From Rubrivivax sp. (lineage in GTDB: Bacteria; Pseudomonadota; Gammaproteobacteria; Burkholderiales; Burkholderiaceae_C): a DNA stretch of 64,000 nt. The notes below the pieces were generated by a model. It was not told the origin of the DNA. It worked only from the letters and a program-made list of their open reading frames with translations, and made no database searches. Of this stretch, positions 1-8,590 are shown piece after piece; position 1 is the stretch's first letter, and each line of letters opens with the position of its first letter. The DNA lies in NCBI GenBank assembly GCA_031375065.1, contig JANMHH010000076.1:2614-66613 (forward strand), given 5' to 3'. The translations under genes and the position numbers were made by a program.

Positions 1-722
1 TGCGCGGGCAGAGAAAAGGCCGGCGCGCGGTTGGGCCCCTGGGCTCGGGCTTGGCCAAACGCTGGGCCCTGGGCTGGCCTCTGCACCCGGCGCACCGCCT
101 GCGCAAACAGGCGGTACTGCTCGGCCGTACGCGAACCGCGGTCTGCAGGTGGTAGCAAACCTTCGGACCAAGCGCCTTGGAAGAACAGTCGCTCTTGCGG
201 GCTGTGGCACAGGTGGCGCTCGTCGGCCACGGTGCGGCCCAGCTCCTGGCGCAGCAGACCGATCTGGTGCAGCCAGTCACTGACCTCGCGCGACTCGGGC
301 GTGGGCAGGGGCAGGTAGTGCGCGCCCATCGGGCAGGCCATGCCGGCCAAGCGGTGGCCACGGCTGTTGCCGCCGGGCTGGTCTTCCAGTTCCAGCAGCG
401 CAATGTCGTCGATGCCTTGTGCGTCAAAGGCGCGGGCTGCGGCCAGACCGGCCACGCCACCACCGACGATCAACACCGTGGCCTTGCGCTGCACGGCAGC
501 GTTGGCCGGCAGTGCCGCCGTCTGCCGCAGGCGATGGCCGCGTTCGTGGTGGGCGCCGACCCAGGCCGCTGGGGGGGGCGTTCCGTCAGTCGTGCGGGTG
601 GGCGTACGTGTGAGCGCGTCACCCGGCGCATCCACGCGCGTACAGGCCGCCCCCAGCCACGCGCCGCCCGCGGCCGCAGCGGTGGCCGTCAACACACCCC
701 GCCGGGTCAGGCCGCTGGTCAT
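1..722 (-). CDS. Tat-exported FAD-dependent oxidoreductase (amine oxidase-like), 3' end runs off the window
   Basis: Absent from the ORF track. Manual translation from ATG at 722: MTSGLTRRGVL... (twin-Arg), VLIVGGGVAGLAAA (Rossmann GxGxxG), LLELEDQPGGNS, CPMGAHYLP. ATGA overlap with the stop of the upstream speE-like gene. Confidence 0.85.
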   Translation of the reverse strand, partial: MTSGLTRRGVLTATAAAAGGAWLGAACTRVDAPGDALTRTPTRTTDGTPPPAAWVGAHHERGHRLRQTAALPANAAVQRKATVLIVGGGVAGLAAARAFDAQGIDDIALLELEDQPGGNSRGHRLAGMACPMGAHYLPLPTPESREVSDWLHQIGLLRQELGRTVADERHLCHSPQERLFFQGAWSEGLLPPADRGSRTAEQYRLFAQAVRRVQRPAQGPAFGQARAQGPNRAPAFSLPA

Positions 723-2326
723 CGGTCGACCTTGCCCCACTCTTCTTCGAAGGTGCTCACCAGCACCTGGTTCGACAAGCGGTTGGGCTCGGCCGGCACG
801 CGCGCCATGTCGGGCGGAAACTGCGTCAGCGCGGGCAGACCCGCCAGGTTCAGGAAGCGCAGGCCATCTGGCAGCGCGGTGGGCACACGCCAGGGGCGGC
901 GGCCGGCCAGCACAAAACCCCACTCGCCAAAGCTGGGCACATGCACATGCAGCGGTGTGGTGCTCAGCCCCACGGCTTCCAGCGTGCTGACCACGGTCCA
1001 GAAACTGCGCCGGGCGATCAAGGGCGACGTGGTCTGCACCGCCAGATAACCGCCCGCCGACAAGGCCTGGTCCACACGCTGGTAAAAGCTGGTTGTGTAG
1101 AGCTTGCCCAGGCTGAAGTTGGTAGGGTCGGGAAAGTCGATGATGATCACGTCGAAGGTCTGACCGGCCTGTTCCAGCCAGGTGTAGGCGTCGGCGTTGA
1201 CGATGCGCAGCTTGGCGTGGCTCAGGGCGCCGGCGTTGAGCGCCACCAAGGCCGGGTGCTGCGCAAACAGGCGCGTCATGTGCGGGTCCAGCTCGACCAG
1301 CGTGATTTGCTCCACGCCGGGGTAGCGCAGCACCTCACGCACCGCCATGCCGTCACCGCCACCCAGCACCAGCACGCGCTTGGGTGCGCCGTGGGCGGCC
1401 ATCGCCGGGTGCACCAGGGCTTCGTGGTAACGGTATTCGTCGCGCGAATGAAACTGCAGATTGCCGTTGAGGTACAGGCGCACACCGGTGCGGCCCGACG
1501 TGACCACCACGCGCTGGTAGTCGCTGCTCTCGCGCACGATGATGTCGTCGCCGTAAAAGCGGTCTTCGGCCCAGGTGGTCAGGTGGCCCGCGCCCCACAG
1601 GGCTGCACTCAGGGCCAGCACCACCGCCCCGCAAGCCGCCACGTGGGCACCCCAGTGTCGCAACTCTGAACGAAAGATCCATAAGGCCCACACCGCCACG
1701 GCCGCGTTGAGCAAGCCAAAAAAGGCACCCGTGCGCACCAAGCCCAGGTGCGGCACCAGCAAGAGCGGGAAGGCCACCGCCACCACCAAGGCGCCCAGGT
1801 AATCAAACGTCAGCACCTGCGACACCAGGTCGCGCAACGCCCAGCGCTGGCTGAAGTGGCGCTTGAGGATGCGCATGACCAGCGGAATCTCCAGCCCGAC
1901 CAGCATGCCGACCAAGCCCACCAAGCCGTACAAGAGCACCCTGAACGCGCTGCCGTGGCCGGGTGGCAAGCTGCTGTGGGCCACGAACAAGGCCGCCGGC
2001 ATCAGCCCGCCCACCAGGCCCACCAGCAGCTCGATGCGCAAAAAGTGCGCCACCAGCTGGCGCTCGACAAACCGGCTGAGCCAGCTGCCGATGCCCATCG
2101 CAAACAGGTAGCAGCCGATGATGGTGGAGAACTGCAGCACCGAATCGCCCAGCAGGTAGCTGGCCAGTGCACCCGCCGCCAGTTCGTAGACCAGGCCGCA
2201 GGCTGCGACGACAAAGACCGAGGTCAGCAGGGCCAGTTCGGCAGGGCTGATGCGGGCGACCGCACTTGCCGCCTCGAGTTGAGGCCCGGACCGAGAAACT
2301 GCAGGTTCGGGGCTGGAATCCGTCAT
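719..2326 (-). CDS. speE: Membrane-anchored polyamine aminopropyltransferase (spermidine synthase-like)
   Basis: N-terminal TM helices followed by LYLNGNLQF, YHEALVHP, VLVLGGGDG, LVELD and IIIDFPDP motifs. Confidence 0.9.
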   Translation of the reverse strand: MTDSSPEPAVSRSGPQLEAASAVARISPAELALLTSVFVVAACGLVYELAAGALASYLLGDSVLQFSTIIGCYLFAMGIGSWLSRFVERQLVAHFLRIELLVGLVGGLMPAALFVAHSSLPPGHGSAFRVLLYGLVGLVGMLVGLEIPLVMRILKRHFSQRWALRDLVSQVLTFDYLGALVVAVAFPLLLVPHLGLVRTGAFFGLLNAAVAVWALWIFRSELRHWGAHVAACGAVVLALSAALWGAGHLTTWAEDRFYGDDIIVRESSDYQRVVVTSGRTGVRLYLNGNLQFHSRDEYRYHEALVHPAMAAHGAPKRVLVLGGGDGMAVREVLRYPGVEQITLVELDPHMTRLFAQHPALVALNAGALSHAKLRIVNADAYTWLEQAGQTFDVIIIDFPDPTNFSLGKLYTTSFYQRVDQALSAGGYLAVQTTSPLIARRSFWTVVSTLEAVGLSTTPLHVHVPSFGEWGFVLAGRRPWRVPTALPDGLRFLNLAGLPALTQFPPDMARVPAEPNRLSNQVLVSTFEEEWGKVDR

Positions 2327-2425
2327 CCATCAAGCCTACAGCAGGTGACCGTCGAGGCCTGGCCCTACTTGCCAAGACCTGCTAGGGCACGCGACACTTC
2401 GGATAGCACACAAGGACTGATCGCA

Positions 2426-4213
2426 GTGCTTGAGAACAAGACGGGAGGGTCGACCGAGTCGTGGGCGTTAGACCGCCCGGCTTCGCGCCGCGCCATCATG
2501 TTTGCCGATCTCGCGGAGTCGGTGCGCCTCTACCAGCAGTTTGAAGCCCGCACGATCCAACGGTGGAGACGATTTGTTGCCGTCGCTCGCGACAGCCTGG
2601 CACAGAAGCACGGTGGCCGCTTGGTGCGCACCACGGGCGACGGCCTGCTGTTCGAGTTTGAAGCCGTCAATGGTGCTGTCGCTGCCGCCTTCGAGCTGCA
2701 CCAAACGCTCTCGCCTTTCAATGCACCCGATGAAGGTGACGCGGCCCTGTGGCTGCGTATCGGTCTCCATGAAGCCGACATCATCGCCGATGAACGCGAG
2801 CTGTGGGGAAGCGGCGTCAACTTGGCGGCGCGCCTGGCGTCAGCTGCGCAACCGGGGCAAACCGCTGCTTCGGCTGAAGTGAGGCTGCAACTGTTTGACG
2901 GCGTTCAAGCGCGGGTCGAAGACGTTGGCCTGCGCTATATGAAACATGTCGATGAACCCGTACGCGTGTTCCTGCTTCATGCACCAGGGCAGTCCATAGC
3001 GTCGGCGACACCCAGCAGCGCCGACATGCGCCCAGCTCTGGCAGTGGTGCCATTTGTAGCCCTTCCAGCCGACCCGGAACACGACGCACTGGGCCACGCC
3101 ATGGCCGACGACATCATTGCCAGTTTGTCGCGTCACCCTGGGTTGAGGGTGTTGTCGCGCGCCAGCACAGCAGGGGTGCGGGGCGTCGCCTTGGAATTGC
3201 CTCGCTTGCGCGAATTGCTGGGGGCAGCCTTCTTGCTCAGCGGCAACTTTTATGCGCGTGGAAACCGCATTCGGCTAGCGGCAGAGTTGTGTGAGTTGCG
3301 TGGCGGTGAAGTGTTGTGGGCTGGCAGCATCCACGGCGACGTGGATGCGCTGTTTGAGGGTCAGGACGATCTGGTGCCTCACCTGGTGGCGCAGGTGTCT
3401 CAACACATGTTGGCCCATGAGCTGTCTCGTGTGCGAAGTCTGCCCATGGATTCGCTGGCCTCCTATTCGCTCTATCTAGGAGCTGCCGGCTTGCTCAACA
3501 GCCTGGCGGCCAGGGACTTGCAGCGTGCTTCCGAAGTACTGGAGCACTTGGGCGAACGCCACCCTCGCCAGGCCACGCCCAATGCGATGCTGTCTGAGCT
3601 GCACTTGGTTCGCTTCTCCCAAGGCGCAAGCGCCGATCCACGCGCCAGTTTGCAGGCAGCTTGGCAGCAAGCTCAACAGGCTTTGGAGAAGGATGGAAGT
3701 CAACCCGCTTCACTTGTGGCCGCCGGCGCGGCGCAGTCTTTCTTGACGGGTGACTATGTCAGTGCTGCCAAGTACTACCGACAGGCCTTGGAATACGACC
3801 CTCACCATGCGCGGGCCTGGGCCAGACTGTCGGAGACCCTCAGCGAAGAGGGACAGCACGAGCAAGCGTTGCAGGCGGCCACCCAGGCCATCAGCCTTTC
3901 CCCCCTGGACCCGCAGCGCTGCTTTTACGAGTGCGCCGCCGCTCGCACTGCTTACATGATGCAGCGTTGGGATCTGGCAGCCACACATTCCCGCACCTCG
4001 CTGCGGCTGAATGCACTGCACGGACCCGCCCACTTGCATCTGATCGCAGCACTGTGGCAGTCCGGGGAACATGAATCTGCACGCCAGGCCGCATCCAATT
4101 ACGCCGAGTTGATGCCTGGCGTCGGCATAGCAGGGAACAAAGTCACCGACCGGCAAGCACTGCTGCGTTCACGATTTGTACAAGCCGTGCACGCGGCCGG
4201 CGTTCCGCTTTGA
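2426..4213 (+). CDS. Class III adenylate/guanylate cyclase domain + TolB-like domain + TPR repeats
   Basis: AIMFADL, TGDG, LRIGLH, WGSGVNLAARL; TolB-like LAVVPF...ADDIIASLSR...LRVLSRAS; C-terminal TPR-like helices (YRQALEYDP, AISLSPLDP). GTG start at 2426 inferred from upstream AAGGA; the ORF-track extension to 1748 overlaps speE. Confidence 0.85.
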   Translation: MLENKTGGSTESWALDRPASRRAIMFADLAESVRLYQQFEARTIQRWRRFVAVARDSLAQKHGGRLVRTTGDGLLFEFEAVNGAVAAAFELHQTLSPFNAPDEGDAALWLRIGLHEADIIADERELWGSGVNLAARLASAAQPGQTAASAEVRLQLFDGVQARVEDVGLRYMKHVDEPVRVFLLHAPGQSIASATPSSADMRPALAVVPFVALPADPEHDALGHAMADDIIASLSRHPGLRVLSRASTAGVRGVALELPRLRELLGAAFLLSGNFYARGNRIRLAAELCELRGGEVLWAGSIHGDVDALFEGQDDLVPHLVAQVSQHMLAHELSRVRSLPMDSLASYSLYLGAAGLLNSLAARDLQRASEVLEHLGERHPRQATPNAMLSELHLVRFSQGASADPRASLQAAWQQAQQALEKDGSQPASLVAAGAAQSFLTGDYVSAAKYYRQALEYDPHHARAWARLSETLSEEGQHEQALQAATQAISLSPLDPQRCFYECAAARTAYMMQRWDLAATHSRTSLRLNALHGPAHLHLIAALWQSGEHESARQAASNYAELMPGVGIAGNKVTDRQALLRSRFVQAVHAAGVPL

Positions 4214-4241
4214 ATTCACAACAGCCTTCACAGGAGTGCTC

Positions 4242-5558
4242 GTGTCAAACAAGCCTTTTGCGTCATTGAGTTTCCTGACCGGTTCCGCGTTCTCGTCAAC
4301 AGGCGCGGAGGGCATGAACTGGATCAACCCGCAAGGGACCATTCCCGGCACCGGGCTGTGGAACCGCATTCCACCGGCGGCCAGAAGCAACCCCATCCCG
4401 CCCAATGGTGTCAACTTCAGCAACCCCATTCCGCCCAACGGCATCAGTTTCAGCAATCCGATTCCTCCGAATGCGATGCCCCCAAAAGCAGGGCCGTTAC
4501 CTTCCATGGCGCCGCCACCCCGTCTCGGATTGGACCCCGACTGGGTGTTTTCGGACCCCGCATCACTGCTAGGCCAAGCGCTGGGGCGTTCGGCGGCACG
4601 AATCGCTCGGCCTGCCGATCGGGCTGTCACCCCTTCCCAATCCGCCGCAGCGCAGTCCAAAGGCAGGAATGTGAAGGGCAGCGCCCTGTGGCGCTGGGCC
4701 CCGGAGTTTCGAGCCAAGACCGTTGCCGCAGAAATGCTGGGGCGCTTTCAGGTGGCCGACTGCACGGTCTATTTGCTGGCAACGGTGGCCAAGGGCGGCA
4801 TGGCCTCGCCGCAACCGGTCTTTAGTCTGCCGCCCGACTTGCGTCGTGCCGGTGTGAACATGAGTGAGCAGATCGACAAGGTCGTCCGCGCCGCGACCGA
4901 GCGCGAAGATCGTCTGCCCGAGATCCTGAGCCAGCTGGACGACTTCTGGCCCTTCTTTGAGTCCGTCATCGGACTGTCGTTGAACCGAGCGCCACGCACG
5001 ACCGAACTGTTAGCCGCAACGCACGACTTCATGCTGCATCTGCTGATGCACCTGAAGCAGAACTTCGCAGCACCGAGGCCTGTTCAGGTGTCGACGCTCG
5101 TGATGCCGCTGATTCCCACACCAGGGCACGGTTCGTTGCCGAGCGGGCACGCGACCATGGCGGCTTTCACGTCCGAGTTGATGCACCAAATGCTCTACCA
5201 GAATTCCGCGCAGGCACACCACCAAATGAGATCCGAGCAGCTTGACCGCCTGGCGCGACGCATCGCCTTCAACCGCGTGGTTGCCGGCCTGCACTTTCCG
5301 GTCGACAGCCAAGCAGGGTACGCATTGGGCACCCAGATGGCCCGTTTGACTGCGGCCTTGGCCAAAGGCGGGCCACCGCCACCCCCAGTGACCGCAACTC
5401 AGGTTCTACATGATCGATTCGAATTGCCAGAGATCACAGGTGCCGGTTCAGGCCGTCTTGACCTACCAAAAGGCACGCCGCTCGCCGTCGAACCCGCAGC
5501 CTTGTTGGCGCTGCTGTGGGAACAAGCTTTGGACGAACTCGCCCAACTTCGCGTCTAG
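4242..5558 (+). CDS. Soluble PAP2 / vanadium-haloperoxidase-fold protein with N-terminal Pro/Asn repeats
   Basis: All three PAP2 motifs: K-x6-RP (KQNFAAPRP), PSGH, R-x5-H-x3-D (RVVAGLHFPVD). No TM helices. Start is GTG 4242 (AGGAG upstream) or ATG 4314 (GGAG upstream). Confidence 0.85.
   Translation: MSNKPFASLSFLTGSAFSSTGAEGMNWINPQGTIPGTGLWNRIPPAARSNPIPPNGVNFSNPIPPNGISFSNPIPPNAMPPKAGPLPSMAPPPRLGLDPDWVFSDPASLLGQALGRSAARIARPADRAVTPSQSAAAQSKGRNVKGSALWRWAPEFRAKTVAAEMLGRFQVADCTVYLLATVAKGGMASPQPVFSLPPDLRRAGVNMSEQIDKVVRAATEREDRLPEILSQLDDFWPFFESVIGLSLNRAPRTTELLAATHDFMLHLLMHLKQNFAAPRPVQVSTLVMPLIPTPGHGSLPSGHATMAAFTSELMHQMLYQNSAQAHHQMRSEQLDRLARRIAFNRVVAGLHFPVDSQAGYALGTQMARLTAALAKGGPPPPPVTATQVLHDRFELPEITGAGSGRLDLPKGTPLAVEPAALLALLWEQALDELAQLRV
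4386..4472 (+). repeat. 33-bp (11-aa) tandem repeat, about 2.6 copies, encoding SNPIPPNGxxF
   Basis: Units start at 4386, 4419 and 4452 and differ at synonymous positions. Confidence 0.95.
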
Positions 5559-5566
5559 GAGCAGCC

Positions 5567-7594
5567 ATGTCTGGACGATGGGACGACCGCACCTTGACCA
5601 AGGATCCCGCCACGAAGGCGCGCGACCCCTACTTGCGCTGGGCCATGCACACCAAGTGGCGTGGATTTGCCCAGCAAGCGGGTTGGTCCAGTGCGAATGA
5701 TCCCGAAGGAGAGGTACGCATCATCGGGCGCGTCATGGACGTCGCGAATCTGACCCAATTGCAAGAAGGAGATGTAGGCAATTGCTTGAAGATACCCAAG
5801 CTCTACCTATCTAAGCTGCCCGACACGCACTACCAGACACGCCACTTCACAGCGACACTCCCTCGCCGCGCAGCCGAAAAGTGGCTGATCGACAACCCAT
5901 TGGGGTTGAGCTGGCGGCTGGCGCTGTCCATGCGTGACCCTTTGCAGGCTGCGCGCACCACCTCCAAGGGGCTCTACGGTCCTGATCGCGACGCTGTCGA
6001 GATGCGGGCCACCAATCTCGTCGAAGCGGAGGTCACTGCGACCGGCTCCTTCGTTCATCCCCAATCGATCGACGGGGCCATCGCGCTGATCGACCATGGT
6101 TGCCCTTTTTTGCACACCCAGTTTCGCGAAAGACCAGAGGCGGGAAGCAACACTCGCGTTGCGGCCATATGGGATCAAGGCGCGGCCCCCCGTCCGGGTA
6201 AGCCAAAAGGTTGGCCTTGGCGCAAACCCGGAAAACTGCCCTACGGCCGGGAACTGGGCCCAGCTGCCTTGGAGGCCATCACTCGGGCCGCCAGCGGCGA
6301 AGCGGTCCTGGACGAAACAGCCGTCTACCGGAGCATCGACTTCATGATCGATGTCGACGACGCACGCCGGCGAGTCTGGTACGGCACCCATGGCGGTCAT
6401 CTGATGGACATGATCGCTGGCAGACCCGACCCGCTGTCCAAGCAAGAAGAAGACTCGGCCTCGGATGCCCAGCTGGTGTTTGTACAACTGCCCATGGCCG
6501 CGGCCCTGGACAGCGCCGGCGCTTCGTTGTCGGCTCACCTGCTGGACGGCGTGCGCTATGCGCTGTCGGTCTGCAAACCGGAGAGCCCTCTGGTCATCAA
6601 CATCAGCTACGGTGGACATGCAGGCCCGCACGATGGCAGCTCACTGCTCGAGTCCGCACTCGATGAAGTGTTGGCAAACTGCTCCGGGAATGTGGCGATC
6701 GTATTGGCTGCAGGAAATGCACGCGAGTCTCGTTGTCATGCCCGGCGCCAATTACGGCCCAACCGCAGCGCTTTGCTGCGCATCGCACTGTCGGCGTTTG
6801 ACAGCACCGACACTTTTGCAGAGCTTTGGTACGAGAAGCCGCCCGCTGGTCAAAAGGTGCAGCTGCGCGTCCTCCCGCCCAACAGGCAATGGAGTCGATG
6901 GATCGGGCCAGGCGACGAATCTGTCTTGCGCGCTGACAGCGCGAGCCGGGACGTGTTGGCACTGCTGCGCCATGATGAGACCGTGCCTAACGGCAAGCGC
7001 TGCATGGTCCTGTTGGCGGTGGCGCCCACCGAGCAACCCAAGGACGTGAGCTGTGACCTGGCCGAAGCAGGCGAATGGCAGATCGAAGCTCGCCTTGTTG
7101 GCGCCGACGGCACTGCCAGTTCCTTGCCTGCAGACGCCCATCTGACCATTGACGCTTGGATCGAGCGTGAAGACCCTAATCGTGGCAGCAGCGGGCACCG
7201 ACCCTACTTCATAGACCAAGAACCTGGCGACGAACGTGGCACGCTCAGCAGCATTGCAACGGGTGAACTGACGCTGGTGGTAGGCGGGTTCAACATGGCG
7301 ACCGGTCGCCCAGCGCCTTACTCTTCGCTGGGTGAAAACGATGGGCCAAAACCCGCACTATTGGCGGCCTGCGAGGACGACGAGGCCGAGCCCACCATCG
7401 CAGCTGCGGCCACACGCTCCAGTGAAGTCCTCCGACTCAACGGCACCAGCGTGGCAACGCCCGTTTTTGCACGCCGGCTCTACCATGTCATGAAACAGCA
7501 CGGCCCCTTCTCGGCGACCGAACTCCGAGAGGTGGCCACGTTCTTGGCGCTCAGCGGTGTAGACCCCCATATCAAGCCCTACGCTGAAGACTGA
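5567..7594 (+). CDS. S8 family subtilisin-like serine protease, no signal peptide
   Basis: Catalytic motifs ALIDHGCPFLH (Asp), THGGHL (His), VLAAGN (oxyanion Asn), NGTSVATP (Ser). AGGAG RBS overlaps the previous stop. Confidence 0.9.
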   Translation: MSGRWDDRTLTKDPATKARDPYLRWAMHTKWRGFAQQAGWSSANDPEGEVRIIGRVMDVANLTQLQEGDVGNCLKIPKLYLSKLPDTHYQTRHFTATLPRRAAEKWLIDNPLGLSWRLALSMRDPLQAARTTSKGLYGPDRDAVEMRATNLVEAEVTATGSFVHPQSIDGAIALIDHGCPFLHTQFRERPEAGSNTRVAAIWDQGAAPRPGKPKGWPWRKPGKLPYGRELGPAALEAITRAASGEAVLDETAVYRSIDFMIDVDDARRRVWYGTHGGHLMDMIAGRPDPLSKQEEDSASDAQLVFVQLPMAAALDSAGASLSAHLLDGVRYALSVCKPESPLVINISYGGHAGPHDGSSLLESALDEVLANCSGNVAIVLAAGNARESRCHARRQLRPNRSALLRIALSAFDSTDTFAELWYEKPPAGQKVQLRVLPPNRQWSRWIGPGDESVLRADSASRDVLALLRHDETVPNGKRCMVLLAVAPTEQPKDVSCDLAEAGEWQIEARLVGADGTASSLPADAHLTIDAWIEREDPNRGSSGHRPYFIDQEPGDERGTLSSIATGELTLVVGGFNMATGRPAPYSSLGENDGPKPALLAACEDDEAEPTIAAAATRSSEVLRLNGTSVATPVFARRLYHVMKQHGPFSATELREVATFLALSGVDPHIKPYAED

Positions 7595-7658
7595 AAAAAC
7601 TCAGACTTGATGCGCTCGGGACAGACGACTCCCCCCATGCTGGCCACAATGCCACACC

Positions 7659-8327
7659 ATGGGAACCCTCTACTTCGTCCGCCACGGCCAGGCCAGCTTC
7701 GGCGCGCAGGACTACGACCAGCTCAGCGAGTTGGGCGAACGCCAATGCCACGCACTGGGCCAGTACCTGGCCATTCGCGGTCTGCCGTTTGAAGCCGTGT
7801 TGCGCGGCAGCCTGCGCCGGCACCAGCAGTCGCTGGCGGCGCTGGCCCGTGGTTATGGCGAATTGCCCACCGCGCTGGAATGGCCGGGCCTGAACGAATA
7901 CGACAGCGAAGCGCTGATCCATGCCATCCATCCCGGCCCCTTGGCCAAGCCCGACACGCCTGAGGTTTACCGGGCCCACTTTCGGCTGCTGCGTGAAGCG
8001 CTGGCGGCCTGGATGAACGCGCGCAGCGCGCCGGTGGGCATGCCCAGCTACGCCGACTGGGCGGCCGGCATCGTGGGCGCGCTGGACCATGTGCGCAGCC
8101 GCCACAGCGGCAACGTGCTGGTGGTGTCCAGCGGCGGGCCGATCAGCACCGCGGTCGGCCATGTGCTGGGCACGGCGCCCGAGACCACCATCGAGCTGAA
8201 CCTGCGCATCCGCAACAGCTCGCTCACCGAGCTGGCCTTCACGCCCAAGCGCCACATGCTCAGCACCTTCAACCACGTTCCGCATCTGGACCACCCGGAC
8301 CGGTTGGACTGGGTGACCTACGCCTGA
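7659..8327 (+). CDS. Histidine phosphatase (phosphoglycerate mutase-like) family protein
   Basis: N-terminal LYFVRHGQAS motif; LNEYD; VVSSGG. Confidence 0.9.
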   Translation: MGTLYFVRHGQASFGAQDYDQLSELGERQCHALGQYLAIRGLPFEAVLRGSLRRHQQSLAALARGYGELPTALEWPGLNEYDSEALIHAIHPGPLAKPDTPEVYRAHFRLLREALAAWMNARSAPVGMPSYADWAAGIVGALDHVRSRHSGNVLVVSSGGPISTAVGHVLGTAPETTIELNLRIRNSSLTELAFTPKRHMLSTFNHVPHLDHPDRLDWVTYA

Positions 8328-8340
8328 AGCATGCGCTGGC

Positions 8341-8565
8341 CTAACCGTGCACCGCCGCTGACACGATCAACCCGATGGCAATGCACATGCTGCCCACCAC
8401 GATGGCCAGGGCGACGTTTTTCTTCTCGATGATCTCGGCCCACAGGTCGTAGGGCGTGAGCTTGTCGATGATGACAAAGCACAACCAGAAAACGCCCACG
8501 CCGACCAGCGCAAAGAGCAATGAGCCGAAAAACACACCTGGCTTGAGCCACTCGATACCCATCAT
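8341..8565 (-). CDS. DUF350 small membrane protein
   Basis: Two TM helices with IDKLTPYDLWAEIIEKKNVALAI; AGGAG RBS before ATG 8565. Confidence 0.85.
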   Translation of the reverse strand: MMGIEWLKPGVFFGSLLFALVGVGVFWLCFVIIDKLTPYDLWAEIIEKKNVALAIVVGSMCIAIGLIVSAAVHG

Positions 8566-8590
8566 TTGCCTTCTCCTGAAGTTGGTGCTG

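Noticed and set aside
1748-2425. N-terminal 226 aa of the 821-aa ORF in the track
   Set aside because: Antisense shadow of speE; the recognisable cyclase domain starts only after about 2480.
4386-4472. 33-bp repeats as a CRISPR array
   Set aside because: No spacers, in-frame coding with synonymous variation, and no cas genes.
2328-7612. CATCAAG / CTTGATG inverted 7-mer flanking the cassette as possible element ends
   Set aside because: Too short to exceed chance; no transposase, integrase or target duplication seen.
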